DNA from: Azolla caroliniana | Taxonomy: Eukaryota; Plantae; Polypodiophyta | Length of the DNA: 64,000 nucleotides | Direction of reading: 5' to 3' | NCBI GenBank assembly: GCA_043228905.1 | Contig: JBHGNT010000005.1 | Coordinates: 7,688,001-7,752,000 of the forward strand | Part shown: positions 40,247-50,962 of the stretch, in pieces | How positions within the stretch are numbered: position 1 is the stretch's first letter | How the letters are laid out: the number at the start of each line of letters is the position of its first letter | The notes under the pieces: generated by a model | Databases searched by the model: none | Told to the model about the DNA's origin: nothing | The model's input: only the letters and a program-made list of their open reading frames with translations | Position numbers and translations under genes: made by a program

Positions 40247-42265
40247 ATTCTTGTTTGGGACAAGAGCTCTCTCTTGTTCCTTTCATGATTTGCCAGCACC
40301 GTTAGGAATTGGATGGATTTCCCTCCGTTTTGGCTCCGAATTCGTGCAAAAGCCGCACCGCTATCGAGCACCTTCGTCTCCATCCCTGATGCCGTGATAA
40401 AGGGTTTCCCGAGGATCACGGAGTGTGAGACCTCGTCTTGTACGAAGAAATTTTGGTTGATCTCGACATCCCCGATCTTCACCGTCACATCCGGACAAGC
40501 CGCAAATAGATCTTCCGTTGCTTTCCGGATCTTCTATCCATGATTGGTGTTAATAGGCCACTTCCCCTTCCGGTAGAACTCTTTGGACATCAAATTGATC
40601 TCCGATCCGTGATCAATCAATGCTAGCACGGGCTCTTTGATGTTGCAGATTCGGACCGGAGTCTCCATAGTTGCACGCGCCCAGTGTGGCTTTGTATAGT
40701 GGGAATTCGGAATCTCGTCCTCCACTTCGGTGTCGTTCATCAGAACGGTATTTGCATTCACCATCGGCGCATTTTTCTCCGTAGTTTGTCTTTTTCTTTT
40801 TATGAGATCCACAAGAAGATCATGGAACTCTTTTTTTGCTATTCCAAGTAGTTCCCGAAGCAAAAAATCTACCCGGCTATCAAGGATTCTCTCCTCGAAC
40901 ACCTTTTTCAAGTTCGTTTGTTGTTCGATGTCCGAGGCGAGCTTGAATGCCGAAATCGTTTTTCCTTTCCCTCTTCCGTCGGACTTCCAGCTCTCCGGTG
41001 TCTTCGATGGTCCAGTCGCATCCTCCGTGCGTCGCCGCTTCTCGTCCACATATACCTCATGTAATTGACATAGGGCGTATACGCTATTCTTATCGACGGG
41101 GCACTCCCATCCCGTAGCTTCCCGGATGCCTTCCACGGTGCTTTGGATCTCGTTAGAGTCGGTTTTCTCGGTGTTTTCTAGCACTTCCGGCCAAAAAGAC
41201 ACCTTTGCTCCCGATGACTCCTCGACACGTATTCCCGCGGTCGTCGCGTAATTGCTCTTCGCAGCTATTTCCTCCTCTAGGACCTTCTTCATGCCACCTT
41301 TTCTGAAGTTCGGTCGGAGCGGCTTCTGAGAGTCCATCGAATGAATATGATTTCCCTCGTAGTAGATAAGATCCTGTCGTAGCGCTTCCTTGTGCTCGTC
41401 GCAATCCCTCCGATCATGTTCGGTGCTATCGCACCATATGCATCGACGGTCCATATACTTGGAACTTGTAGGACGGTCATCCGACTTCTTCACCATCGCG
41501 ATTTTTAGATTCTCCATCTCCTTCAGCAACTGCTCCATCGTAGTTGCGTCGATTCCCTTCTCATTCTTAGCTTCCCGAGCCCGCAGTTGATGGTCTTCCG
41601 ATCCGGATCTCGGTTTCGGAATCGGTTCCGAAACCCTCTTTTCTTCGTTGGCAAGCCATTGCCCCCTCTTTGTGTATCGCGCGACGATATTCCACACGCT
41701 TTCCCATGTTTCGGTGAGGTCACTCTCAGTAGTCGTGTCCTCTAGAAGCACTCCAAGATCCTTCCGGTCCCGGACATCTACGGCTCGTAAGAACATGATA
41801 ACTTTGTCCGGTGCGAGGATAGTTTGATCTCTCGCAGACAACCTCCCGAACCAACTTTCGAATGCCGAAAACACATCGAGGACCTTCATCCCCTTGTCCG
41901 GCGTTTCTACCCAATCCTCGAATCCTCTCTGCGTTGCCTTGGAGGAGTCCTCAATAGCGAACGTGGTCTTTAGCGCCTCTTCAAATGCTTCCCACGTTGG
42001 ATTTTGTTGTCGTAGCACGTGGATACTTGCTTGAAGCCCGTCAGTAGCTACTCGGTTGAAGGATGTCACTTGCAGTCCTTCCGAAATCCCACATTGTATC
42101 ATTTCCGCCTTGTAGTCCCGAAGATAGTGCGATATGTCATTCCCGTTGAATTGCCCGATCTGTAGCCGCTCTACTGCCGCCGCTATCTCCGACATCGCAC
42201 ATTGTTCTTGAAGCATCCGCTCGAACATCATCATCATGTTGTTAGCCTCCGATTGATTTTCCATC
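40237..42265 (-). pseudogene. F gag-protease
   Basis: ORFs 40534-42285 and 40237-40488; CIWCDSTEHDRRDC, LIDHGSEINLM; ends RMDF*. Confidence 0.9.
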
Positions 42266-42280
42266 TCCTTGCCACCCGTG

Positions 42281-42298
42281 TTCACGTCGGGTTCACCA
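42281..42298 (-). promoter_or_regulatory. F primer-binding site, tRNA-Trp
   Basis: The plus strand reads TTCACGTCGGGTTCACCA, the tRNA-Trp 3' end including CCA, 4 nt from the LTR. Confidence 0.9.
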
Positions 42299-42793
42299 CT
42301 TGTGTCGTGCCTTTCGGCTCCGGATCGTTGCGTCAGTCGGGTGGGAACCGCTGGGGTTTTGGACTAGGAGGAAAGAAAATTCTAAGGCAATTAAGAATAT
42401 GAAATATATTGTAAGAAAGAAAGATATGAAAAATTCGTGAATCCCTCGAGTATAGTGTATTAGTGAGTACTCAAATTAAGAGAGAAAAATAGTTAGCAAA
42501 CTCGTGGATCCCACGATTATATTATATTAATCAACCCTTGTAAAATAATCAACAACCTCTATACATCTTTCTCTCTTCCTTATATAGTGTTGGAAGAGTC
42601 TAAGTTTATCCCATGCAAGCATCATGCTTTTCCTATCTTTAGTTTTCATGCACACTGCATGTCCATGATTAGCTTTCTATCTCATCTTTTCTTTTAACTC
42701 GAGTGTCTATGCATAAATAACTTTTTGTACCATGCATGTCTAGAATATTTACATGGGATAAAGTTTAGTATAACTTTAAAATTCATAATACGA

Positions 42794-43497
42794 TGTCGTG
42801 CCTTTCAGCTCCGGATCGTTGCGTGAGTCGGGTGGGAACCGCTGAGGTTTTGGACTAGCAGGAAGAGGAATACAACTTAAGGCTAGTTATCAATAGTAGA
42901 AAGAGAAGTAAGATAGCAATCTCGTGAATCCCATGAGTTTAGTGTATTTAAAACAATATTTAGATTATAAGAGTAATTTAGATGGCAAAATTCGTGAATC
43001 CCACGAATATATTAGATTGATCAATCCTTGTATATTAATCAACAACCTTATACATATTTCTCTCCTCCTTATATAAAGATGGAAGAGGCTAAGCATGGCT
43101 TCATGCTTTTTCACCAAAAGTGTCCATGCACACTAAATGTGCATGTGATGCTTTGTCATTTCCTAAGTATAGGGCTCATGCACGCTAGATGTGCATGAGT
43201 CACTTTTAATGTCACGTGTAAATAAAATATTCACACCCTAAAGAATACATGATTTTTACCTTTTAATAAAGGTATGTGTAAATAAAGGTCTTATACGTAT
43301 TAAATCTATATGTATAACACTAAAGATAAGTTATTACAATGGTAAAGTTGGGGTTTATCTACGTGGAGGGGCAGGGTTTGAATCTTGCCCTATGCACGTG
43401 ATAAATGTTTTGATATATTATTTATTTATTTATATGTATCTAAAATCGGATATATTATTTTATGGTTTTCACGTAGTGTGTGGAATACACTATGACA
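42794..43497 (-). mobile_element. Solo LTR of an F-related subfamily nested inside the F 5' LTR
   Basis: Second TGTCGTGCCTTTCAGCTCCGG start; ends CACTATGACA; flanks ACGA/ACGC. Confidence 0.8.
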
Positions 43498-44599
43498 ACG
43501 CTAGTATAATGATAAGGCTTAACATTATTAACATGGAGGTGCAAGGTTCGAATCTTGCCCTATGCATGTAATATATAATTTTATACTTTCTTCTATTTAC
43601 AAATATGTCTCTTCATCTGGTGAGAGACTCTCGCCGGCCTTCTTCATCCGGCTCTTGCCAGTTCTGCTTCATCCGATTCTCACCGGTTTTCTTTATCCGG
43701 TTCTTACCGGATCCTCCTTACCGGTCCTCTTCGTCCGTTTCTCACCGACTCTCACCGGCCTTCTTCATCCGGCTCTTGCCGGGTCTCCTTACCGATTTCG
43801 GTTTTCACCGGTTCTTCCTTCCGGTTCTTACTGGGTACTCCATATCCTATTCGGAGAAACCAAAAATGTAATTTTTCACGGTGTGCGAATTACACTACGA
43901 CAACATTTGATTGAATCATCTCGAATGTGAATGCACGTATGATATGTATGGTTCATTCTATCCATACCTCTATTAAATATGTCCATGAAACAAGATCAAG
44001 GTGTTAGAAGCATATATAAAATGCCAATCTACATATAGAGAGATATATGGGTAAAAGCGTGCGAGTGGAAACATTATTATAGCTAATTAGCTACTAAAAT
44101 GGCCATAGCTAATTAGCTATTTGTTTAGCTAGTCTTTTTTGTGGGAAAATCAAATATTTGAAAAACTAATTTATGAAAAAACTCAAATATTTGAACTTCT
44201 GTTTCAGACGTAGTGGAACTTGGGGAATAGCACCATCATCTAAGGTCGACTTCAATGTCATCAATTTCCTATTTAGCCTAAGTTTGATTTTGAACGCAGA
44301 TGGAGTACTCAAAGCATGAACACAGACGTAGCTCCCGCAGCAGAAGAAAATCGACATTGCAGATTGAGAGCTACAACACAGAACCCGCTTGATCATCGTC
44401 CATGTATGTTTCAGTTACAGAAACCCCAAACATTTGTTTTTTCTTTTTGACTATTGTCTGAACTTTGGTGCCGATTCATATTTCCCCAAAATCGAATAGG
44501 GCGAAGTCCTTGGAGTCCCATACAAGGATGTCTCGCAGATCGGGCAGTAGCAGCAGGTGTGTTTATATTACTTTTTTTGTGTTTAATCCTGTCTTTAGT

Positions 44600-45130
44600 G
44601 ATGATTAGGATTTCTTATTGAAATTTCTTATTAGGGTTTTTGTTTATAAATTTTTTATTAGAATTTCTTATTAGGGTTTGTGATTGAAATTTTTTATTAG
44701 GGTTTCTGATTGAAATTTCTAATTAGGGTTTTTGATTATAAATTTCTGATTAGAATTTCTGAAAAGGGTTTTTGGTTACAAATTTTGATTACAGATTAGA
44801 ATTTCTGATTAGAATTTTTGATTAGGCTTTTTGTTTATAAATTTCTGTTTAGAATTTCTGTTTAGAATTTCTGATTAGGGTTTGTGATTCAAATTTCTGA
44901 TTAGGGTTTTTTATTATAAATTTCTGATTAGAATTTCTGAATAGGGTTTCTGGTTACAAACTTCTGATTACAGATTTTGATTAGGGTTTCTGATTTCAAA
45001 CTTTTGATTACAGATTTTGATTAGGGTTTCTGATTTCAAATTTCTAAATAAAAATTATGATTAGGGTTTCTGATTTGCTAAGTTAAAGAGTTTGCACTAT
45101 TTCTGTTGTTGTTGATTGGGGTTTCTGATT
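44600..45130. repeat. Degenerate TTAGGGTTT(C/T)TGA / TTAGAATTTCTGA minisatellite in intron 1 of cargo gene 1
   Basis: Many TTAGGGTTT (telo-box-like) units interleaved with AAATTTCTGA. Confidence 0.85.
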
Positions 45131-46519
45131 CTGACATATTCTGATTTTGCACTATTTCTTATTTCTGAAATGATATTTCAGATGGCTCGTTCCTCCATAT
45201 CCGAGAGTGTTAAACTTCGCAAAATTTTGCGAGACAAAGGAGGACTTCCACAACACCTATGGTCTGTCACTCGAGGGTGTTGACCCTGCTGTCCTAAGTG
45301 ATAAATTGATCAGTGATGTAGACTGGATGACAGTATATACAATGCCTAGAGTCAAAGGCAAGGTCAAGCTGAAGCATGTACGAGCCGACTTGTACGATGA
45401 TTGCATGAGGCTGCACCAGAAAGTTCATTAGGAGATCCCAGTCAACAATGAGTTGTCAGTTTCATTTGCTAGAGCATTTGCATATGAGTACTGCAAAACA
45501 GCGAAGGAATCCAGAGACCTTGAAATGTATAGGGTAGCTTGGGCAGTCTATGCTGAGGCATTGGTAAAAAGATGCCGAAAGATGGGGACCTTCGCACAAA
45601 AAATAGACAGATTTTGGAGCATAGCAACTGTTGATGCAACTGCCGACTCCCAGCAAAACTGGGGGCATACACCACACCGACACCCAAGGAAAGCCAATGT
45701 CGATGATACAGGTGAGACATTGGTTAGCTATATGCTAAAAAATGTCCATGAAGCCTGTGAGACATTGGCATTTTTTAATACTGATTTAGAGAAAGCCACA
45801 ATGGCTTCTGCAATGGAGAGCAAAGTTACTTCCATTGTTACAACGATTAGAAATAAGATTCAGGTAACTATTGTTTTGCTGGTATGTGATTGTGTTATAA
45901 ATAACTTTAAGGGTAAAATGTCTTAATCAAGCATTATCTGGAATAGGTTGCGCAACAAGAGCTTGAATTAGAGGGGCCACTGGATCCCCAGCGTAAAAGA
46001 CAACTATAAATAGAGATCCAGGTTCTTTCAATGAACTTGGACCTTCTAGGTGTAAATATTGTTGCAGATTACAATTTGGAAAAGCTTCAAGTAAGTTAAC
46101 GATTCCTGAGCAAAGTTGGTGTATCCTTCTCAGACAGGAATAATTAATCGTTAAATTTCTCTGTTGCGTTGAAGGAACAATACATTCATCAAGAACAGGT
46201 AGTTAGTTGCCTTAAGAAGCAGCTACATTTTGTGGAGGGAATGGTAAGGACCAGACAGGATTTGGACCTGAACATTCTTGCTCCCTTACCAAATGAAGGA
46301 GAACCAGAAAATGATTTATTGACAGTTCAAGCACGTTGCATCGCTTGCGGGTTAGGTGTGGAGAACAAAACTGCGTCTTTGTTGGTTCACCTACAACCAT
46401 GTAACCACACATATCATCTGCTTTGTTTTCAACATGCCTATCGAATTGCTGCATTCTGTTTGGGAGATTGCAATACAACTCTACCAAATGAGTGGAGAAA
46501 ACTAACAGGTATACCATAT

Positions 46520-47590
46520 TGTAGCTAATAAGCTTAGTCTTTTCTAATTAGCTAAGCCGTAAAAAGTATGGAAACTATTTTGCTGCTATCGTTGTAGCTA
46601 ATTAGCTACTACCATAGTTTATTAAAGTAGCTAATAGCTATCCTATTAGCTAATTAGCTATTGCCATAGTTTACTACAGTAGTTAATTAGCTAAGTGGCA
46701 GCTAGTTAGCTACTAGCTAATTAGCTATCCTACTGGCAGCTAATTAGCTACTAACTAATTAGCTACCCATAGCTAATTAGCTAGTACCATAGTTGTGTAA
46801 AGTAGCTAATTAGCTATCCTACTAGCTAATTAGCTACTGGCAGCTAATGAGCTACTAGCTAATTAGTTATCCTAGTAGCTAATTAGCTATGGTACTAGCT
46901 AATTCGCTAGTGCCATAGTTGTGTAAAAAAGCTAATTAGCTATCCTACTAGCTAATTAGCCACTGGCAACTAATTAGCTATCTTACTAGTTAATTAGCTA
47001 TCCTACTAGCTACTTAGCTATCCTACTAGCTAATTAGCTACTGGTAGCTAATTAGTTACTGCCATAGTTGTGTAAAGTAGCTAAGAAGCTATCCTAGTAG
47101 CTAATTAGCTACTGGCAGCTAATTAGCTATCCTAGTAGCTAATAAGCTATCCTAGCTACTACATAGTTGAGAAAGTAGCTAATTAGCTATCATTGTAGCT
47201 AATTAGCTATCCTACTAGCTAATTAGTTGTCCTACTAGCTAATTAGCTATCCTACTAGCTAATTAGCTATCCTACTAGCTAATTAGCTACTACCATAGTT
47301 GTGTAAAGTAGCTAATTAGCTATCCTAGTAGCTAATTAGCTATCCTAGCTACTACCATAGTTGAGTAAAGTAGTTAATTAGCTATCCTAGCTACTACCAT
47401 AGTTGAGTAAAGTAGCTAATTAGCTATCCTAGCCACTACCATAGTTAGTAAAGTAGCTAATTAGCTATCCTAGCTACTACCATAGTTGAGTAAAGTAGCT
47501 AATTAGCTATCGTACTAGCTAATTAGTTATCCTAATTAGCTATCCTAGCTTCTACCATAGTTTAGTAAAGTAGCTAATTAGCTATCCTAA
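46520..47590. repeat. Array of the palindrome TAGCTAATTAGCTA filling intron 4 of cargo gene 1
   Basis: Dozens of copies with short TCCTAC/CTGGC/CCATAGTT linkers. Confidence 0.95.
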
Positions 47591-48125
47591 ATAGCTGCCA
47601 TGTTATTGTAGAATCTTGTGGATTAAGGACGGCACATGATGTGTCTAGTGCTGATGACGCTGCAACAGATGAGGATACTACTGCCAACGTGGCTGAAAGT
47701 AAGAGTCCTGCTATCACATCTCCTTCAGATCAGCTCCACCCTATTCTTTTGGAACAGTGTACTGAATTAGGCAACGATGTGAAATGCCATGAAGTAGTGG
47801 AAACAACATGTAAAACTGAGGTTCACAACAACAATGTTTATGAACACTTGATGCAACATTTCTTCGAATCTCAAGACCTTGATTCCACCCCACCGAGCCC
47901 AACTACTGAAAATGTCCAAACAGATCCCTCTGTACTTGAAAAGCTAGTTCAAGAAACGACTGATGTGCAATTAGTTGTTGAGGTGATGGAAAGGTTGTCA
48001 GAGGAGGACACACTTGTGCATTGGGTGAAAGAAGCAAGGCTAAATGGGGAACCGACCAAAAAAAGACTGAAGAAGGGGCCATGATCGGGAACAAGACCAG
48101 TTACTCGGTCAAGGGACCCAGACGT

Positions 48126-49362
48126 TGTCGTGAAGTACGAAAGCTTCACATTAAAAGTCTACAATAAGATAAATACGTAACTAAAATAACATTTGATCAT
48201 GTTTTATGTATAAAGATAATATTAACAACACATATGATAATATTATATATATGTAAAGAAAAATAATATATATATATATATATATTATATTACACGAACA
48301 AGTCTTAGAGAGGACTTGAACCAATAACCCCACCCTATGACTCTCAAATCTTACCATTTATTCTATACTAGTAATATACATAAAATAATGCATACTTTAT
48401 ATATACTTTATATTACATAAAGGATACTTGAACCAATAACCCCACCCTATGACTCTCAAATCTTACCATTTATTCTATACTAGTAATATACATAAAATAA
48501 AGCATACTTTATATATACTTTATATTACATAAAGGATTTGCTTCATGATATAAAAATAAAGTTGTATGTTGTATTCAAAAAGTTGTATGTTGTATTCAAT
48601 AGTATTTTGAGACTTGAACCCACAACCTCATACACCAAAGTCAACACACCTACCATTAGGCTAGGCCCTTTCTCTTTAACATTATGTTTTCATGTTTACT
48701 GTTATTGCATATATTGTTTCATACATACAAGCTCAAATGAGCGAGATGTTTATCATGCATCACATGCATTTCATGCACTACATGCATGACTTGTACCCTC
48801 CAATGCATCATATGCATGGGGGCACCTATTTAAATGGTGAAAGAGAAGATCAAAGGGAGGGATATGTATGAGATATCAATCAAATTATGTATTACATAAG
48901 AGATACCATAAAAATAGATAAAGAAGGGAAGAAGTTTAACATAAAGGTGGAGCTCTAGCTTGGCGGTCGTGGTAGTCAACTCTCAACAAGAGGGAGGCGG
49001 TTCGAGCCTTATCTTTATCAAAATATTGAAGTGAAGATTGTAGTGGTCTACGATCAAGAAAGAGAAGAGCGATTACCTTGCAAGACAAAGTTCGGAGGTT
49101 CAACGACGTGCACAATCATTTTGTAACTCTTTCATGAAAATGATTATAAATTTCATACACTTTCTCATATATTATTTTATATCTTATCTTGTCTTATCTT
49201 ATATTCCTTAAAAATCCTATTTTGTCATATCTTATTGATCTCTATTCACTCCATCTCTACTCTTTCGTCTCTTCCGTCCATAATCCCAATGATTCCTTCC
49301 TCACTTTCACGTTATCTTTTGTGTGCGCAACGCTACGCTTCTAGGCGAGCCACGTCACGACA
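48126..49362 (+). mobile_element. Solo LTR (A/C/F-type termini) inserted into the DNA transposon
   Basis: TGTCGTGA...TCACGACA with TSD ACGT (48122-48125 and 49363-49366). Internal ~113-bp duplication at 48313-48536. The CATGCA-rich block resembles the C LTR. Confidence 0.9.
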
Positions 49363-49638
49363 ACGTAGTGGAGCGAAATATTGTTTAGTTGGATATGATT
49401 GTTAGCTTAGGGATTTTGCTAGGGTTTTATGAAGTTTTACTATCCTGTTGGAGAAGTAAAACCTCATATTGGTTGTTGCTTGATCCACATTATGTAATGG
49501 AACTCTATGATGTTTTTCCAAGATAATTTGAAGAGTGTTGTTCTATGACTGAAACTCTTTGATGTTCAGGATGTTGTTTTGTGAGACTGTTAGTTACTTT
49601 GTCAGTGTGAATATGTTGGTGTTTTCTGATGTTGCAGA

Positions 49639-50613
49639 GTCTAAAGGGTTTGATTCTATTGCTCGTAAGGCCAATGGCAGTGTGGATATTGTTGATGTTG
49701 CGGAGTGTTTAAAGGGGCCCATCTTGAAAGTAGATGTAGCAACTGACACAAGTGATCTGGTCACACAAGTTGATCAAGCATGTTGCACGGATGACTTGGT
49801 GTTGCAGGTAGATGCAGCATGTGATACCAGTGGATTGATATCGAGCAGATCAGTAGCTACATGCACCAAGGTAATCCAAGGATTGATAACTAAGTCGACA
49901 AAACAAGAGCACCAGAATGTGAAGCCAGGCCCAACACAGTCGACTAGGGGTTTGAAGAGGAAAAGGATGCCAGTTGTGTCGGCCGAACCTGAGCTGATTA
50001 AGATTGATCGTGTCCTACCAGAAAATGGTGTAACAGCGGCTCAGTTTCAGGAATGGAAACCTAAACCACTAGAAGTCGAAAGAAGAGCCTTGATCTTGGA
50101 GCTTGATAAAGTCTTGATGAGTGTGAGATATATGCAGCCAAGGAGGGACGCGAATCAGTTTCTAGAGTGGGTTGTGCAATACTTTGATTTGTTTATTTGG
50201 AGTGAAAAACCAAAATCAGATGTGTGGAAGTGTTTAGCAAGATTCTTCCCAAAATGGCGAAGTCATTTTAAAGGTCAATGTGCACGAGAAAATTGTGAGC
50301 AAATGGAAGCTGCAAGATTCAAGAAACTTTCTGATTTTTGGGCTACTTGGCCTGAATATAATGCCGACAACACATTGATTTTGGATACATAACATTTCCG
50401 GCACTACTTTAATATTCGGAGATGCTGTCTCATTCTACCCGAGGAAATGCCTGAACAGTACCTGGTGCAAACAGTGAGCTGCCAACTAGGTGCATGGTTG
50501 TGGACTCCATACCGAGCTCGATATGCGGATAATATATGTAGACTCGTTCCACTGACTAGCAAGAGCTTAGCTGTTTATAGGAGATTTGTAGACATTTCCA
50601 ATGGTAATTTATA
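49639..50613 (+). pseudogene. Transposon cargo gene 2: FCP1/NIF (HAD-family CTD phosphatase)-like domain, catalytic motif altered
   Basis: ALILELDKVL..PRRDANQFL..FDLFIWS..FKKL..NTLILD follows the NIF pattern LVLDLDxTL..RP.L..FL..IW(S/T)..K.L..NTI.ID. Acceptor TTGCAG at 49638; one stop at 50390. Confidence 0.65.
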
Positions 50614-50962
50614 AATATGTAAAGAGATGACATTGTTCAATGAAGAATTTAATTACTTGTTCCCACTGTACTTATCTACTATGTAATTTGAGGAATATGT
50701 TGCAGATTGTTGATTTCATGCTATTGATGACTATTTAGCTATTGACAGCTAATTAGCTGCATTTGTACAGCTAATTAGCTACTTATGACTATTTCGCTAT
50801 AACTTATAACTTAAAACTTAACAAAAAAGACATGATTTTGTTGAGAAAGAATCCCAGAAAGCAAACTGTATACAAGAAATTGATTCTCAAACGAATTTAT
50901 TTAATTGTTTTCGCGAAATACATGTTTGTTTTACAAGAGAACATGGTAATTGCTACATGTAG

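Larger units (their letters stand above)
36360..43902 (-). mobile_element. Element F: non-chromovirus Ty3/gypsy (A/C lineage), minus strand
   Basis: 3' LTR 36360-36650 (internally deleted); 5' LTR 42303-43902 (contains a nested solo LTR). TSD ACGT/ACAT. Exact tRNA-Trp PBS at 42281-42298; PPT GGAGGGGGTGAG. Confidence 0.93.
44528..48084 (+). pseudogene. Transposon cargo gene 1: five-exon protein with a RING-H2-like finger and acidic tail
   Basis: Exons 44528-44556, 45182-45863, 45947-46090, ~46175-46508 and 47612-48084 join in frame through GT-AG introns. RING-like CIAC..CNHTYHLLC..CLGDC. Stops at 45429 and ~46007. Confidence 0.72.

Noticed and set aside
42281-42298. tRNA-Trp gene fragment
   Set aside because: Only the 3' 18 nt including CCA, adjacent to an LTR; this is a PBS.
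44600-45130. True or interstitial telomere
   Set aside because: No tandem TTTAGGG runs; units are interleaved with other sequence inside a GT-AG intron.
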